DNA of 64,000 nucleotides from Pirellulales bacterium (GCA_041746715.1 JBGTGN010000095.1:12685-76684); one strand, 5' to 3'; shown: positions 44,497 through 55,130, numbered from the stretch's first letter. Notes: generated by a model from the sequence alone, not told the origin. A program made the numbers and translations.

Positions 44497-45498
44497 ATGC
44501 CTGATTCCTCTGCTGGGCCCGTGTTGCCCGAAGCCTCGATCGATTTGGCGGTCAGCCTCGGCCGCCTCTCCCTGCCGAATCCGATCCTGGTGGCCTCGGG
44601 CACGTTTGGGTATGGCCGCGAGATGACGGGGTTTGTCGACCTGGCCAGGCTTGGCGGCATTGTGCCCAAGACGATCACGCCCCAGCCCCGCATCGGGAAT
44701 GTTCCCTGGAGGACCGTGGAGACCGCCTCAGGCCTCCTGAACTCGATCGGCCTCGACAACGACGGCGTCGAAGCCTTCATCCTCAAACAACTTCCGTTCC
44801 TGGCCGACTGCGGCGCGCCGGTGATCGTGAGCATCGCTGGTGCGAACGCTGATGAGTTTGTCGCGCTCGCCCGACGTCTCGATGGCGTGCCAGGCATCGC
44901 GGCGCTCGAGCTCAATGTTTCGTGCCCGAATGTGAGCCATGGCGTCGATCTTGGCACCGACCCCGAAACATGCCGCGGGGTCGTGGCGGGCGTGCGAGCG
45001 GCCACGAGCCTGCCGGTCATCGCGAAGCTCACGCCCAATGTGACCAACATCGTGGCGGTCGCTCGCGGCGCCGCCGACGGCGGTGCCGACGCCGTCACGC
45101 TCATCAACACGCTTCAGGGCATGGCGATCGACTGGCGGCGACGCCGGCCCCTCCTCGGCAATGTGGTCGGCGGCCTGAGCGGCCCTGCGATCAAGCCCGT
45201 GGCCCTTCGATGTGTACACCAGGTGCACCGCGGTGTCGGTATCCCGATCATCGGTGTCGGAGGCATCATGACGATCGACGACTGCATGGAGTTTTTTGTT
45301 GCGGGGGCTGCGGCCGTGCAGATTGGTACCGCGAACTTCGCTGAGCCTGTTGTCTCAGGGCGACTCCTCGACGAACTTCCGAGAGCGCTTGCCGAAGCGG
45401 GCGTTTCAAAATTCGCCGACGTCATCGGCACGCTCACACTGCCACAGCCTGCGGGCTGCGGCACACCATCATCACAGGAAGCCTCCCATGCCACCTGA
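44497..45498 (+). CDS. pyrD: dihydroorotate dehydrogenase (class 1B-type catalytic subunit)
   Basis: [25 protein letters not shown] and [10 protein letters not shown]. Confidence 0.9.
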   Translation: MPDSSAGPVLPEASIDLAVSLGRLSLPNPILVASGTFGYGREMTGFVDLARLGGIVPKTITPQPRIGNVPWRTVETASGLLNSIGLDNDGVEAFILKQLPFLADCGAPVIVSIAGANADEFVALARRLDGVPGIAALELNVSCPNVSHGVDLGTDPETCRGVVAGVRAATSLPVIAKLTPNVTNIVAVARGAADGGADAVTLINTLQGMAIDWRRRRPLLGNVVGGLSGPAIKPVALRCVHQVHRGVGIPIIGVGGIMTIDDCMEFFVAGAAAVQIGTANFAEPVVSGRLLDELPRALAEAGVSKFADVIGTLTLPQPAGCGTPSSQEASHAT

Positions 45499-46531
45499 CG
45501 CGGCGCCCGCTCGCACCACGCGTGCCCTTTCGGGCATCCAGCCAACCGGCCGTTTTCACTGGGGAAACTACTTCGGTGCGATCCGGCAATACATCGACCT
45601 GCAGCCGGGTGCCCACCAGGCGGCCGACGAGGCGTACTATTTCATCGCCGATCTCCATGCGCTCACAACGGTTCGCGATCCAGAGACGCTTCGTGGCTTT
45701 GTCCGCGACGCCGCCATCGACCTCGTGGCCCTCGGCCTTGACCCTGAGCGAGCCGTCCTCTTCGTGCAGTCCGATGTGCCCGAGGTGACCGAGCTCACAT
45801 GGCTCCTCATGACCGTCACACCGATGGGCCTCCTCGAGCGGTGCCACGCCTTCAAAGACAAGAAAAACCGCGGGCTGCCGGCCGACGCAGGGCTCTTCAC
45901 CTACCCGGTGCTCATGGCCGCCGACATCCTCGCCTACGATGCCACCGTGGTGCCAGTGGGCGAAGATCAGGTGCAGCACATCGAGGTCTGCCGTGATCTC
46001 GCGGGCACGTTCAACCATCTCTATGGCGACGTCTTTACGTTGCCAAAGCCGCGGCTCGTGGAAGGCGGCGGGAAGGTACCGGGCACCGACGGCCAGAAGA
46101 TGAGCAAGAGCTACGAAAACACGATCGAGGTTTTTGAGGAGCCGGGCCCGCTCAAGAAAAAGATCATGCGGATGACGACCGACTCGCGTGCCATGGAAGA
46201 ATCCAAGGAACCGGAAGGGGATCACCTGTACGAGCTTTTTGCTCTCTTCGCTCCAGACGCCGATCGCCAGGCCATGGCGGACCTCTATCGTCGCGGCGGT
46301 TTTGGGTATGGCGAGGTGAAGAAGAAGCTCCACGAGGCCGCCGAGCAGTTTTTTGCCGACGCCCGATCGCGGCGGGCCGAGCTTGCGGCCGACTCAGATC
46401 GTATCGAAGTGATTCTCGCTGCTGGTGCTGCCAAGGCCAGGGCCAAGGCAGGAGAAGTGCTCGCGCGGGCGAGGCTGGCCTGTGGTCTCGATCGGAAGTC
46501 TCCCGCAGGCAAGCCAGGAAGGAAACGATGA
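45488..46531 (+). CDS. trpS: tryptophan--tRNA ligase
   Basis: [15 protein letters not shown] (HIGH-like) and KMSKS. Start chosen at MPPDAAP, overlapping the pyrD end by 11 nt. Confidence 0.9.
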   Translation: MPPDAAPARTTRALSGIQPTGRFHWGNYFGAIRQYIDLQPGAHQAADEAYYFIADLHALTTVRDPETLRGFVRDAAIDLVALGLDPERAVLFVQSDVPEVTELTWLLMTVTPMGLLERCHAFKDKKNRGLPADAGLFTYPVLMAADILAYDATVVPVGEDQVQHIEVCRDLAGTFNHLYGDVFTLPKPRLVEGGGKVPGTDGQKMSKSYENTIEVFEEPGPLKKKIMRMTTDSRAMEESKEPEGDHLYELFALFAPDADRQAMADLYRRGGFGYGEVKKKLHEAAEQFFADARSRRAELAADSDRIEVILAAGAAKARAKAGEVLARARLACGLDRKSPAGKPGRKR

Positions 46532-46926
46532 ACGTCCTTGGCATCGGCACCGACATCACCGAGTGTCTCCGGATCGCCCAGATGATCGAGCGGCATGGGG
46601 AGCTTTTTGTGGGGAGGGTCTACACGCCTCACGAGATCGAATATTGCCGCAGCCGGCGGATGGCCACACAGCATTTCGCGGGCCGCTGGGCGGCGAAGGA
46701 AGCGGTGCTCAAGGCGCTTGGCACCGGCTGGAAGCGGGGCATCAGTTGGAGGGACGTGGAGGTCCGAAACCTCCCAGGTGGCCGGCCGATTGCGTTTCTC
46801 ACTGGCGGCACGCAGGAAGTCGCCGACGCGCTCGGCATTCGGTGTGTGCTCGTAAGCATCTCGCACTGCCGCTCTCACGCCACAGCCTACGCCATCGCCC
46901 TCGACGAGCTCCCGACCACGGGGTAG
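46528..46926 (+). CDS. acpS: holo-[acyl-carrier-protein] synthase
   Basis: GIGTDITE and [20 protein letters not shown] overlap with trpS. Confidence 0.9.
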   Translation: MNVLGIGTDITECLRIAQMIERHGELFVGRVYTPHEIEYCRSRRMATQHFAGRWAAKEAVLKALGTGWKRGISWRDVEVRNLPGGRPIAFLTGGTQEVADALGIRCVLVSISHCRSHATAYAIALDELPTTG

Positions 46927-47100
46927 CAAACGACAAGAACGATCGGGCTCGATCGCGTCTTGTCACACGCGGTGCTCGCCAAACGCCTCGGCTACTTGAG
47001 CCCGGGCCAATTCTCACGGTCGTTCCACAAGCTCGTCGGTATGACACCAAGCGAGTTTCGGCGAAAGCAAGCCGAAGAAGATCGCTGGCGATCCGGCTAG
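46927..47100 (+). pseudogene. AraC-family regulator remnant (C-terminal second HTH only)
   Basis: Hand translation gives ...IGLDRVLSHAVLAKRLGYLSPGQFSRSFHKLVGMTPSEFRRKQAEEDRWRSG*. There is no N-terminal domain or start codon. It is in frame directly after the acpS TAG. Confidence 0.6.
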
Positions 47101-47115
47101 GGGTGGGGCCAGGGA

Positions 47116-49914
47116 TCATTCTGCGGCAGCGTCGTCCCACTGCTCGAGCTCGGCGGAGCCGCCGGGGAGGAGGAGCAAGGCAAGCGGCGTGCCTTCTTCG
47201 ACCGGCGTGACGCCATCACGGCGGGTGAGCTGGATTCGCTCGTGGCCACGAAGATGGTCGGCAAGCTGCTTCGTGAGATCTTGTTGTTGCGATTCCGGGA
47301 GCTTGGCAAATGCGGCGCGGCCGCGGCATTTTGGAAACTTCTGGCAGCCAAGCCACGGGCCCCGCTTGCCATCACGAAGATTCATCATCGCCCCACATTT
47401 GTCGCAGGCGATGTCGGTCACCAGCGGCGCGGCTGCCGGAAACTTGACCAGGCCCTTGCGGTCAAGGTTGAGAATGAGTGGAGGTGGTTCCGTCGGTTCG
47501 GCCGCGGCAGCCTTCTTTCCCTTAGGCTTTACCGGCCTCGGGCGATCCTCAACCAGAAAATCTCCGAATCGGCCGGTCCGCTTCACCATCGCCACACCCG
47601 CGGGCGACAGCAGGTCGAGTTGCTCCGGAAGCTGCGGCCGGCCTTCGCGATCACACGGCATGGCATAGTCACACGCCGGCACATGCTTTTGTTTTTTGGG
47701 TCGCGCTGGCGCAGCCTTTTTGCCCCCCTTGGTGGTGCGGGCCTTCGGAGGAGGTGGTGGCTCGGCCACGTTTACGTTGTAGCCGGAGCACGATAGAAAT
47801 CTCCCCTTCTTGCCGAGCCGATACTCCAATCGTCGTTCGCATTTCGGGCACTTGTAGGGCGAAGGTTCGGCCGATGCTTTGACGTGTTCCTTCTCGATGG
47901 CCCCCGCGAGCTTGGGCCGAAGCTCGTCGTGAAACTCGTGGAGCATCGCCTGCCAGCCTTTTGAACCTTCGGCGACTTGGTCGAGTTCCCGCTCGATCTC
48001 GCGGGTGTAGCCAATCTCAATGAACTGATTCGAGAATCCGTCTTTGAGAAACTCGGTGACTGCTTCACCGATCGCCGTGGCATGAAACCGCCGCTCATGC
48101 TGCTCGACATAGCCGCGACTTTCGATCGTGTTGATGATGCTCGCGTACGTGGACGGGCGGCCGATGCCCTCTTCCTCGAGTTTTTTGACGAGCGAGGCCT
48201 CGCTAAACCGAGGCGGTGGCGCCTGGAATTTCTGGCGTGCGTCGATGTCGAAAGGGGCGAGCACCGCTCCCTCTGAAAAATCGGGCAACACTTGCTCGCC
48301 ATCGTCCTTTGGAACACCGCTGATGGCATAAAAACCGTCGAACCGCAGGACGCGACCGTTGGCCTTGAACACGGCCCCGGTATCGCGGTCGGTCCGCCGC
48401 AACCGCACGGCCGTGGAATCCCACTCAGCATCCGTGGCCTGGCAGCCAACAAAACTCTGCCAGATCAGCCGGTAGAGACGGTATTGCTCCTCGGTCAGGG
48501 CCGAACGGATCGCGTCGGGCTCGCGGGCGGGATCGGTCGGTCGAATCGCCTCGTGGGCCTCTTGAGCCCCCTTGTTGCTGGTCGCGTAGAAGCGGGGCTT
48601 TTCGGGCACATACTTCTCGCCGTGCTTCTTCGTGAGGTAGTCGCGGGCCATTGAAATGGCCTCGCCCGAAAGGTTCGTCGAGTCGGTTCGCATGTAGGTG
48701 ATGAGACCTACGCGGCCCTCCGACGGAAGATCGATGCCCTCATAGAGCTGCTGGGCCACCCGCATCGTGCGGTCGGTGCTCATCCCGAGCCGGCTGCTCG
48801 CCGCCTGTTGGAGCGTGCTCGTGATGAAGGGGGGATAGGGCCGCGACTTCGTTCGTGTGACCGCGATGTTCTCGACGGTGTAGCGGGCCGCGGGGCTTGG
48901 GCGGCCGGCGAGCTTCACGACGTTTTTGCCGCGGCCACGGCCATCGGGATTCGTCTCGCGACTGATCTCGATATCAATGAGGCCGGCCGCCTCGGCGGCA
49001 GTGACGGCATCGCTCGTGAGGTCGGCGTCAGACGTGTTCTCGGCTTCGAGGGAAAACGGCTTGCCCCCGATCTCGATGAGATTGCACGAGAGCGCCCGCT
49101 GCTCGGCAAGCCAGGCCATGCGGTCTCGCACCAGTGGGCCACGACCGCGTTCATCTCGTGTGGCCAGCAGGGCCATCCAGGCATCGTGGAGCCCCGTGGC
49201 TGCGGCCACGTCGAATGTCATGCAGCCCGAAATTTCCCACGATTCCGATGGCGTGAACGCCCGGATCTCCTGCTCCCGTTCGACTACGATCCGCAGCGCC
49301 ACGCTCTGCACGCGGCCGGCCGAGAGACCGCCGGCGACCTTTTTCCAGAGCACCGGCGACACCTCGTAGCCGACGATCCGGTCCACGATTCGGCGCGCCT
49401 GCTGGGCCTCGACGCGGGGCATATTAATGCCCCGTGGCGACTGGAAGGCCCGCTGGACCTCGCTCTTCGTAATCGCGTCAAACGTCACCCGCTTGGCCAC
49501 GGCCGGATCGACGTCAAGCACCTGAGTGAGATGCCAGGCGATGGCTTCGCCCTCGCGATCAAGGTCGGTCGCAAACCAGATGTCAGACGCTCCCTTGGCC
49601 AGCTTCCGCAGCTCGGTGACGGTTTTGAGTTTCTCCGAGGCGATTTCGTAGGTGGGCTCGAAATCGTGGTCGAGATCGACCCCAGGCACCGGCTGCTTCG
49701 ATCCCTTCGGCGCCCGCTTGGGGAGGTCACGGATGTGGCCAATCGAGGCCTTCACCACGAAACCAGGACCGAGGTATTTCTCGATTGTCTTCGCCTTTGC
49801 GGGGCTTTCGACGATCACGAGCTGGTAGTCGCCTCGGGCCGCGGGAGACGTTCCCGAGGCCTTCGAGGTCGAGCCGCGGGATTTCCGTCCGGTGGTGCGG
49901 GTTTTCTTCGCCAT
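47116..49914 (-). CDS. topA: DNA topoisomerase I with multiple C-terminal zinc ribbons
   Basis: Toprim domain (LVIVESPAKAKTI), the active-site Tyr region, and several C4 zinc-finger repeats. Confidence 0.95.
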   Translation of the reverse strand: MAKKTRTTGRKSRGSTSKASGTSPAARGDYQLVIVESPAKAKTIEKYLGPGFVVKASIGHIRDLPKRAPKGSKQPVPGVDLDHDFEPTYEIASEKLKTVTELRKLAKGASDIWFATDLDREGEAIAWHLTQVLDVDPAVAKRVTFDAITKSEVQRAFQSPRGINMPRVEAQQARRIVDRIVGYEVSPVLWKKVAGGLSAGRVQSVALRIVVEREQEIRAFTPSESWEISGCMTFDVAAATGLHDAWMALLATRDERGRGPLVRDRMAWLAEQRALSCNLIEIGGKPFSLEAENTSDADLTSDAVTAAEAAGLIDIEISRETNPDGRGRGKNVVKLAGRPSPAARYTVENIAVTRTKSRPYPPFITSTLQQAASSRLGMSTDRTMRVAQQLYEGIDLPSEGRVGLITYMRTDSTNLSGEAISMARDYLTKKHGEKYVPEKPRFYATSNKGAQEAHEAIRPTDPAREPDAIRSALTEEQYRLYRLIWQSFVGCQATDAEWDSTAVRLRRTDRDTGAVFKANGRVLRFDGFYAISGVPKDDGEQVLPDFSEGAVLAPFDIDARQKFQAPPPRFSEASLVKKLEEEGIGRPSTYASIINTIESRGYVEQHERRFHATAIGEAVTEFLKDGFSNQFIEIGYTREIERELDQVAEGSKGWQAMLHEFHDELRPKLAGAIEKEHVKASAEPSPYKCPKCERRLEYRLGKKGRFLSCSGYNVNVAEPPPPPKARTTKGGKKAAPARPKKQKHVPACDYAMPCDREGRPQLPEQLDLLSPAGVAMVKRTGRFGDFLVEDRPRPVKPKGKKAAAAEPTEPPPLILNLDRKGLVKFPAAAPLVTDIACDKCGAMMNLRDGKRGPWLGCQKFPKCRGRAAFAKLPESQQQDLTKQLADHLRGHERIQLTRRDGVTPVEEGTPLALLLLPGGSAELEQWDDAAAE

Positions 49915-49960
49915 GTGCGGATCGGAGGCTTTCGGGGCTCGGGGCGTACGGACATCGGGA

Positions 49961-49988
49961 TTGGCGCCAGCAGGCCTGGCGCTACAAT
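49961..49988 (+). promoter_or_regulatory. candidate sigma70-type promoter TTGGCG-N16-TACAAT
   Basis: -35 at 49961-49966 and -10 at 49983-49988, in the divergent topA/ppiD-like intergenic region. Confidence 0.3.
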
Positions 49989-50053
49989 CGCGGCCTGACC
50001 TGGAGCAGACAGCGTTACCCTGCTTGCTTCAGACTTGTCAAGTGGCTGCGTTT

Positions 50054-50088
50054 ACGCCGTTCCCCGAGCGGGAACGGCGTGTTTTTTC
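50054..50088 (+). terminator. canonical intrinsic terminator structure inside a 5' leader
   Basis: 11-bp stem acgccgttccc/gggaacggcgt with a 5-nt loop, then gTTTTTTc. It ends 26 nt upstream of the ATG at 50114, and no + strand gene lies upstream. Confidence 0.6.
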
Positions 50089-50113
50089 TTCCGTATCTCA
50101 TTTGGGCGACACC

Positions 50114-52399
50114 ATGGCCGGTTCTTTCCACCTTTTCCGCCGCTACCAGAAGACCGCCATCGTCGGCCTTGCCGTTATGGCGATGCTCGCCTTTTTCGTG
50201 CTTCCGCCGCTCCTCCAGATGGACGCCGGCAGCGCCGGGCCAGACAACGGGCTCGTGGTTCGCTGGGACGGCGGAGGCCTGCGGGAAAGCGACCTGGAGC
50301 GAGCGGTGAGGGTCCGCCGGGAAGTCAACCGATTTCTCATGGCCCTCCAGGCGGCCGCCACCGGGAACGATGATGTCGAGCCCCCGTTTCCGGGCGATGA
50401 GCTCTCGATCGTCAGCACGATGCTCTTTGCCCACGAGGCCAAGGCCAACGGGTTTGTCGTCAGCGATATGGTGATCAACGACTACCTCGGTCAGTGGACT
50501 GGCGACATGGTGCCGGCTGCTCAGATGGAAAACGTGATCAAGCAGATCAACGAACGGGCCGGCGTGACCGAGGCCGACATTTTCGATGCCCTTCGGACGG
50601 TGATTCTCGCCCAACGGCTCCAGGTGTTTTTCCTGCGGGGAACCGACTTTGCGGGTGCGCCTCCCGGCTGGCGGTGGGATGCGTTTCGGAAGCTCGAGCA
50701 AGGAGCCACGGTCGAGGTCGTTCCGGTCGTGGTGGAGTCGCTTTCCAGCGAGGTAGGCGAACCATCCACCGCGGCCCTCGAAAAGCTCTACAAGGAGTAT
50801 GGCGATGAGCTGCCGCAGGCCCGCAGCACCACGCCGGGGTTCCGTGAGCCGGCCCGCGCCCGGTATGACGCGATCGTCGCCGCAGCGGATGTGTTTGTGG
50901 CGGAAGCCGAAAAGGCCGTCACGGATGAGGAGATCACAAAGTTCTATGACGAGAACAAGGAAGCGCTTTTCAAGAAGACGGCCGAGCCTCCTGCGGATGC
51001 GGCGGCCGAGCCGCCGGCTACGGGTGAGGCAGCCAAGCCGGATTCGGAGCCCGCCCCGAAACCTGAGCCAGCCGTGGATGCTCTGCCGACGGAGGAGCCC
51101 ACGAGCGAGTCTGAGGCTGCTCCTGAAGACGGTGCCGGAATGCCGTCAAGCGTCATTCGAGCGGTGTCGTTCCGGCAGCAAGGCGACGATGAGATTGCTG
51201 AGGCGAAAGCCGCCACGGAACCTGTCGCGGCCCCCGCAGACGCCCCGGAAACCGACGCGGGAGCAAAGCCGGCCGACGAGAGTTCCCCCAAAGCATCGAA
51301 GGAGGAGCCCGCTGACGAGAAGCCCGCTGCCACGGACCCAGCCGAGTCCAAGCCAGCCAGCGAGAAGCCAGCCGAGGAAAGTGGCGGTGACAAACCAGTG
51401 GATGGCAAACCTGCCGAGGAAGGTACTGCCGAGAAGCCGGCCGATTTTGAGCCGCTCGAAAAGGTTCGAGACGACATTCGCAAGCGGCTTGCCCAGCAGG
51501 CGGCCGGCCAGAAACTTTCGGAGGCGTTTAGCTCGGTGGCAGCCAAGATCGCCGCCCACTCCGACGCGGTCGAGTTGGCCATCGGGCTGGGCGAGAAGGT
51601 GCCCCCGGCGCCCGACGTCTCAAAACTCGCAGCCGAGTATGGCCTCGAAGGGGTACGGTCAGACTTTATAACCCCGAGTGAGGCTGGCGCCGGAGGCGGT
51701 ATTGGCGGGAGCTTCGACCTTGTGCGGTCTGCGCGGTTCGGGATGCAGCAGCTCCGTTGGATCGACATGGTGCTCTCACCAAGTGCTCCTCGTTTCCGAC
51801 CAGTCGTCACTCGAGACATCACAGGCGTTCGATACCTGTCATGGAAGACGGAAGACCGGCCTCAAATCACGCCGGCATTTTCTGAGATCAGGCCCGAGGT
51901 GGAGCGGGTCTGGAAACTTCTCGAGGCCCGACCGCTCGCGCGAAAGAAGGCCGAGGAGGTCGCGGCGAGTGCCAAAAGCAAGACGCTGGCCGAGGCGATT
52001 GCTGGCGGCGAAGGGCTCGAGGCCACGACGGTCGGTCCGTTTACCTGGCTGACCAGGGGTACGGCTCCGTTTGGCTCAGGGCCCATGCTGTCAAACCCTG
52101 ACGGCATCGAGATGGCGGGCGAGGCCTTCATGAGGGCGGTGTTCTCGCTCGAACCGGGCGGCACGGCCGTCGCGTTCAACGAGCCGGAAACCGTTTGCTA
52201 TGCCGTCCGACTGGTGGCGTTTGAGCCCGACGACGAGACACTTCGGCAGCGGTTTCGTGACGTGGAGCTCGACCCACGCCGTCTCGAGACGCTGGCCGCG
52301 GTGGAGTCTCGCGACGCCTTCGCCCGCTGGATGGCCGACATCGAGAAGCGCCGTGGCGTCACCTGGGTGCGTCCACCGCGGGAGAGTGAATCGCGTTAG
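50114..52399 (+). CDS. PpiD/SurA-N-like periplasmic chaperone with long acidic Pro/Ala/Glu/Lys-rich linker
   Basis: N-terminal anchor FRRYQKTAIVGLAVMAMLAFFV, a SurA_N-like region, and a low-complexity AEPPA/KPAxE stretch. Start chosen at MAGSFHLF. Confidence 0.6.
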   Translation: MAGSFHLFRRYQKTAIVGLAVMAMLAFFVLPPLLQMDAGSAGPDNGLVVRWDGGGLRESDLERAVRVRREVNRFLMALQAAATGNDDVEPPFPGDELSIVSTMLFAHEAKANGFVVSDMVINDYLGQWTGDMVPAAQMENVIKQINERAGVTEADIFDALRTVILAQRLQVFFLRGTDFAGAPPGWRWDAFRKLEQGATVEVVPVVVESLSSEVGEPSTAALEKLYKEYGDELPQARSTTPGFREPARARYDAIVAAADVFVAEAEKAVTDEEITKFYDENKEALFKKTAEPPADAAAEPPATGEAAKPDSEPAPKPEPAVDALPTEEPTSESEAAPEDGAGMPSSVIRAVSFRQQGDDEIAEAKAATEPVAAPADAPETDAGAKPADESSPKASKEEPADEKPAATDPAESKPASEKPAEESGGDKPVDGKPAEEGTAEKPADFEPLEKVRDDIRKRLAQQAAGQKLSEAFSSVAAKIAAHSDAVELAIGLGEKVPPAPDVSKLAAEYGLEGVRSDFITPSEAGAGGGIGGSFDLVRSARFGMQQLRWIDMVLSPSAPRFRPVVTRDITGVRYLSWKTEDRPQITPAFSEIRPEVERVWKLLEARPLARKKAEEVAASAKSKTLAEAIAGGEGLEATTVGPFTWLTRGTAPFGSGPMLSNPDGIEMAGEAFMRAVFSLEPGGTAVAFNEPETVCYAVRLVAFEPDDETLRQRFRDVELDPRRLETLAAVESRDAFARWMADIEKRRGVTWVRPPRESESR

Positions 52400-54279
52400 C
52401 GACGCGGCTTGAGGACGACGCAGCCCAAAGGCGGAAGCGTCACGGCGATCGAATGGCTTCGGCCGTGGTGTGACTCGGCCTTGGCCACAAGGGCCCCCGA
52501 GTTGCCGACGTTGCCACCGCCATACCAGGCGGAGTCGCTGTTGAAGACCTCGTCGTAGTCGCCCCCGCAGGGCACGCCCATTCGGTAGCCGTGGCGGGGA
52601 ACGGGTGTGAAATTGCAGCACACCACCACGAAGTCATCGGGGTCGCGGGCCCGTCGGGCGAAGGCCAGCACGCTATCCTGCCAGTTGTGGCAGTCGATCC
52701 AGTCGAAGCCTCGGCTGTCGAAGTCGAGTTCGTGGAGGGCGGGCTCACGGCGAACGAGGTCGTTCAAATCCGCGACGGCCCGCGAAAGGCCGCGGTGGCT
52801 CTCCCACTCAAGGAGGTGCCACTGCAAGCTCTCATCAAAGTTCCATTCGTTCCATTGCCCGAACTCGCCTCCCATGAAAAGCACCTTCTTGCCTGGGTGG
52901 CACCACATGTAGGCAAAGAGGAGACGGAGGTTTGCAAACTTCTGCCAGAGGTCGCCTGGCATCTGGGTGAGGAGCGAGCCTTTGCCGTGAACCACCTCGT
53001 CGTGCGACAGCGGCAGGACGAAGTTTTCGTGAAAGGCATAAATGAGGCTGAAGGTGAGCTCGTCGTGGTGAAACTTGCGGTGGATCGGGTCGTGCCGCAT
53101 GTATCGCAGTGTGTCGTTCATCCAGCCCATGTTCCACTTGAGCGTGAAGCCGAGGCCGCCGACATACGTTGGCCGCGACACTCCCGCCCAGGCAGTCGAT
53201 TCCTCCGCGATCGTGATTGTGCCCGGATGGTGCTCGTGGGTTTGGATGTTGAACTGCTTCAGGAACTCGATCGCCTCGAGGTTTTCACGGCCGCCAAAGC
53301 AGTTGGGCGTCCATTCGCCGTCCTTGCGGCTGTAGTCGAGGTAGAGCATCGAGGCCACGGCATCCACCCGAAGGCCATCGATGTGGTAGCGGTCGAGCCA
53401 GAAGAGCGCCGACGAGATGAGATAGTTGGCCACTTCGTTGCGGCCATAGTTGAAGATCATCGTGCCCCAGTCGGGGTGTTCGCCCTTGCGGGGATCCTCA
53501 TGCTCGTAGAGCGCCGTGCCGTCAAACTGCCGAAGGCCGTGGCCGTCTCGCGGGAAATGGGCCGGCACCCAGTCGATGAACACACCAACACCGGCGAGAT
53601 GGAGCGCGTCGATAAGCGACATGAAGTCCTGCGGCGACCCGAATCGGCTTGTCGCGGCAAAGAGGCCGATCGTTTGGTAGCCCCAGCTCGCCGAAAGCGG
53701 ATGCTCCGTCGGCGGAAGAAACTCGACGTGGGTAAACCCCATCTCGACGACATAGGGCACGAGCTCCCGTTCGAGGTCGGCGTAGGTGAGCCACCGGGTG
53801 GGCGAGTCTCCCGGTCGCCGCCAGCTTCCGAGATGAACCTCGTAGGCATTCATTGGGGCATCGAGCGCGTTCTTGGCCGCCCGCGTCGCCATCCAGTCGG
53901 CGTCTTTCCACTGGTAGGCCGTCAGGTCGGTCACGATCGACGCGGTGCGAGGGGGCACCTCAGCCCCAAAACCGTAGGGGTCAGTGCGGTCGGAGGCAGT
54001 GCCATGGCAGTGGACGCGGTACTTGTATGTCATGCCTGCGGAAAGTCCGGGCACGAAGAGCTCCCAGATGCCCGACGGAATCCGCTTGAGCATCCGGTGG
54101 CTGCCACTTTTCCATTGGTTGAAATCGCCCACGACCTCGACCAGGTCGGCGTTTGGCGCCCAGACGCTGAAGTTCACGCCCGAGGTGCCGTTGTGTGACT
54201 CGAGCTGTGCCCCGAGCTTCTCGTAGCTTTTCCAGTGGCGGCCTTCGCCAAGGAGGTACAGGTCATAGTCGGTGATCAT
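52396..54279 (-). CDS. glgB: 1,4-alpha-glucan branching enzyme
   Basis: GH13 motifs DWVPAHF, GLRVDAVASM, IAEEST and SHDEVVHGK. Start chosen at MITDYDLY. Confidence 0.93.
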   Translation of the reverse strand: MITDYDLYLLGEGRHWKSYEKLGAQLESHNGTSGVNFSVWAPNADLVEVVGDFNQWKSGSHRMLKRIPSGIWELFVPGLSAGMTYKYRVHCHGTASDRTDPYGFGAEVPPRTASIVTDLTAYQWKDADWMATRAAKNALDAPMNAYEVHLGSWRRPGDSPTRWLTYADLERELVPYVVEMGFTHVEFLPPTEHPLSASWGYQTIGLFAATSRFGSPQDFMSLIDALHLAGVGVFIDWVPAHFPRDGHGLRQFDGTALYEHEDPRKGEHPDWGTMIFNYGRNEVANYLISSALFWLDRYHIDGLRVDAVASMLYLDYSRKDGEWTPNCFGGRENLEAIEFLKQFNIQTHEHHPGTITIAEESTAWAGVSRPTYVGGLGFTLKWNMGWMNDTLRYMRHDPIHRKFHHDELTFSLIYAFHENFVLPLSHDEVVHGKGSLLTQMPGDLWQKFANLRLLFAYMWCHPGKKVLFMGGEFGQWNEWNFDESLQWHLLEWESHRGLSRAVADLNDLVRREPALHELDFDSRGFDWIDCHNWQDSVLAFARRARDPDDFVVVCCNFTPVPRHGYRMGVPCGGDYDEVFNSDSAWYGGGNVGNSGALVAKAESHHGRSHSIAVTLPPLGCVVLKPRR

Positions 54280-54416
54280 GAAGGGCCTGTCGTGGGTGGT
54301 GGTCGGAGAACGGGACCGTACAATCGTGCCACATTGTGGGGCAGGACGCGATACGCGGGGCAGAAATCCCCCGGTCGGTGCCCTGTCGACGGTGACGGTG
54401 AGGAGGCCGTTCGACC

Positions 54417-55106
54417 ATGCATGCGCCGTCACCGGCCGGTTCAAATCCTCCGACTGCCGCCGGGTATGACCGGTTTTCCCCAGTCGAGCGGGTCATTGAT
54501 GTTCGGGGAACGGTGTATCGCTTCTGGTGCCCGCCCGATGTCGATGCGCTCATCGATGAGGAGGCCTTTGCCCACGACGAAAGGATTCCCTACTGGGCCA
54601 ATGTCTGGGAATCGGCGATCGTCCTTGCCGAGGAGCTTGCCCTCATGGACGGGCATGGCCAGCGGCTGCTGGAGCTCGGCTGCGGTCTCGCGCTCCCTGC
54701 GATCGTGGCCGTTCGCCAAAATTTTGACGCGACGGCGAGCGACTACGAGGAGGCAGCGCTCGAGGGTGTTCGGTACAACGCCGATCGCAACGCCGCCGGG
54801 TCACTCCATGTGACACTTCTCGATTGGCGAAAGCCCCCCAACGACCTCGGGACATACGACGTCGTCGTGGCGGCAGACGTGCTCTACGAGAAGCACCACG
54901 CAATCGCGCTTGCGGGAATGATCGGGCGGACGCTTGCAGTTGGAGGCTCGGCCCTTGTGGCCGACCCAGGCCGGGCTCGCGCCGTCGAATTTGGGCCCGC
55001 TTGCCGTGGCGTGGGTCTCGCGGTGGAAAGACTGCCGGCCCGCCGGCCGCTGGGAGCGACTGACGGGCCGGCCATTGATATCTACCGTGTCACGCAGGGA
55101 GCCTGA
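54417..55106 (+). CDS. class I SAM-dependent methyltransferase (Methyltransf_16/protein-lysine MTase-like)
   Basis: WESAIVLAEEL..LLELGCGLALPAIVA..DVVVAADVLYE. Confidence 0.7.
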   Translation: MHAPSPAGSNPPTAAGYDRFSPVERVIDVRGTVYRFWCPPDVDALIDEEAFAHDERIPYWANVWESAIVLAEELALMDGHGQRLLELGCGLALPAIVAVRQNFDATASDYEEAALEGVRYNADRNAAGSLHVTLLDWRKPPNDLGTYDVVVAADVLYEKHHAIALAGMIGRTLAVGGSALVADPGRARAVEFGPACRGVGLAVERLPARRPLGATDGPAIDIYRVTQGA

Positions 55107-55130
55107 TAGCGCCTCGGGGGTTCGGTCTGG

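Noticed and set aside
49892-50113. N-terminal 74-aa extension of the PpiD-like ORF. Similar upstream extensions occur in the track ORFs for glgB (54280-54444), dcd (32511-32636), pyrD (44431-44496), trpS (45296-45487), moaA (40290-40352) and the sulfotransferase (6490-6696).
   Set aside because: The homology-defined N-termini start at internal Met codons. The extensions overlap neighbouring genes or structured non-coding elements and have atypical composition.
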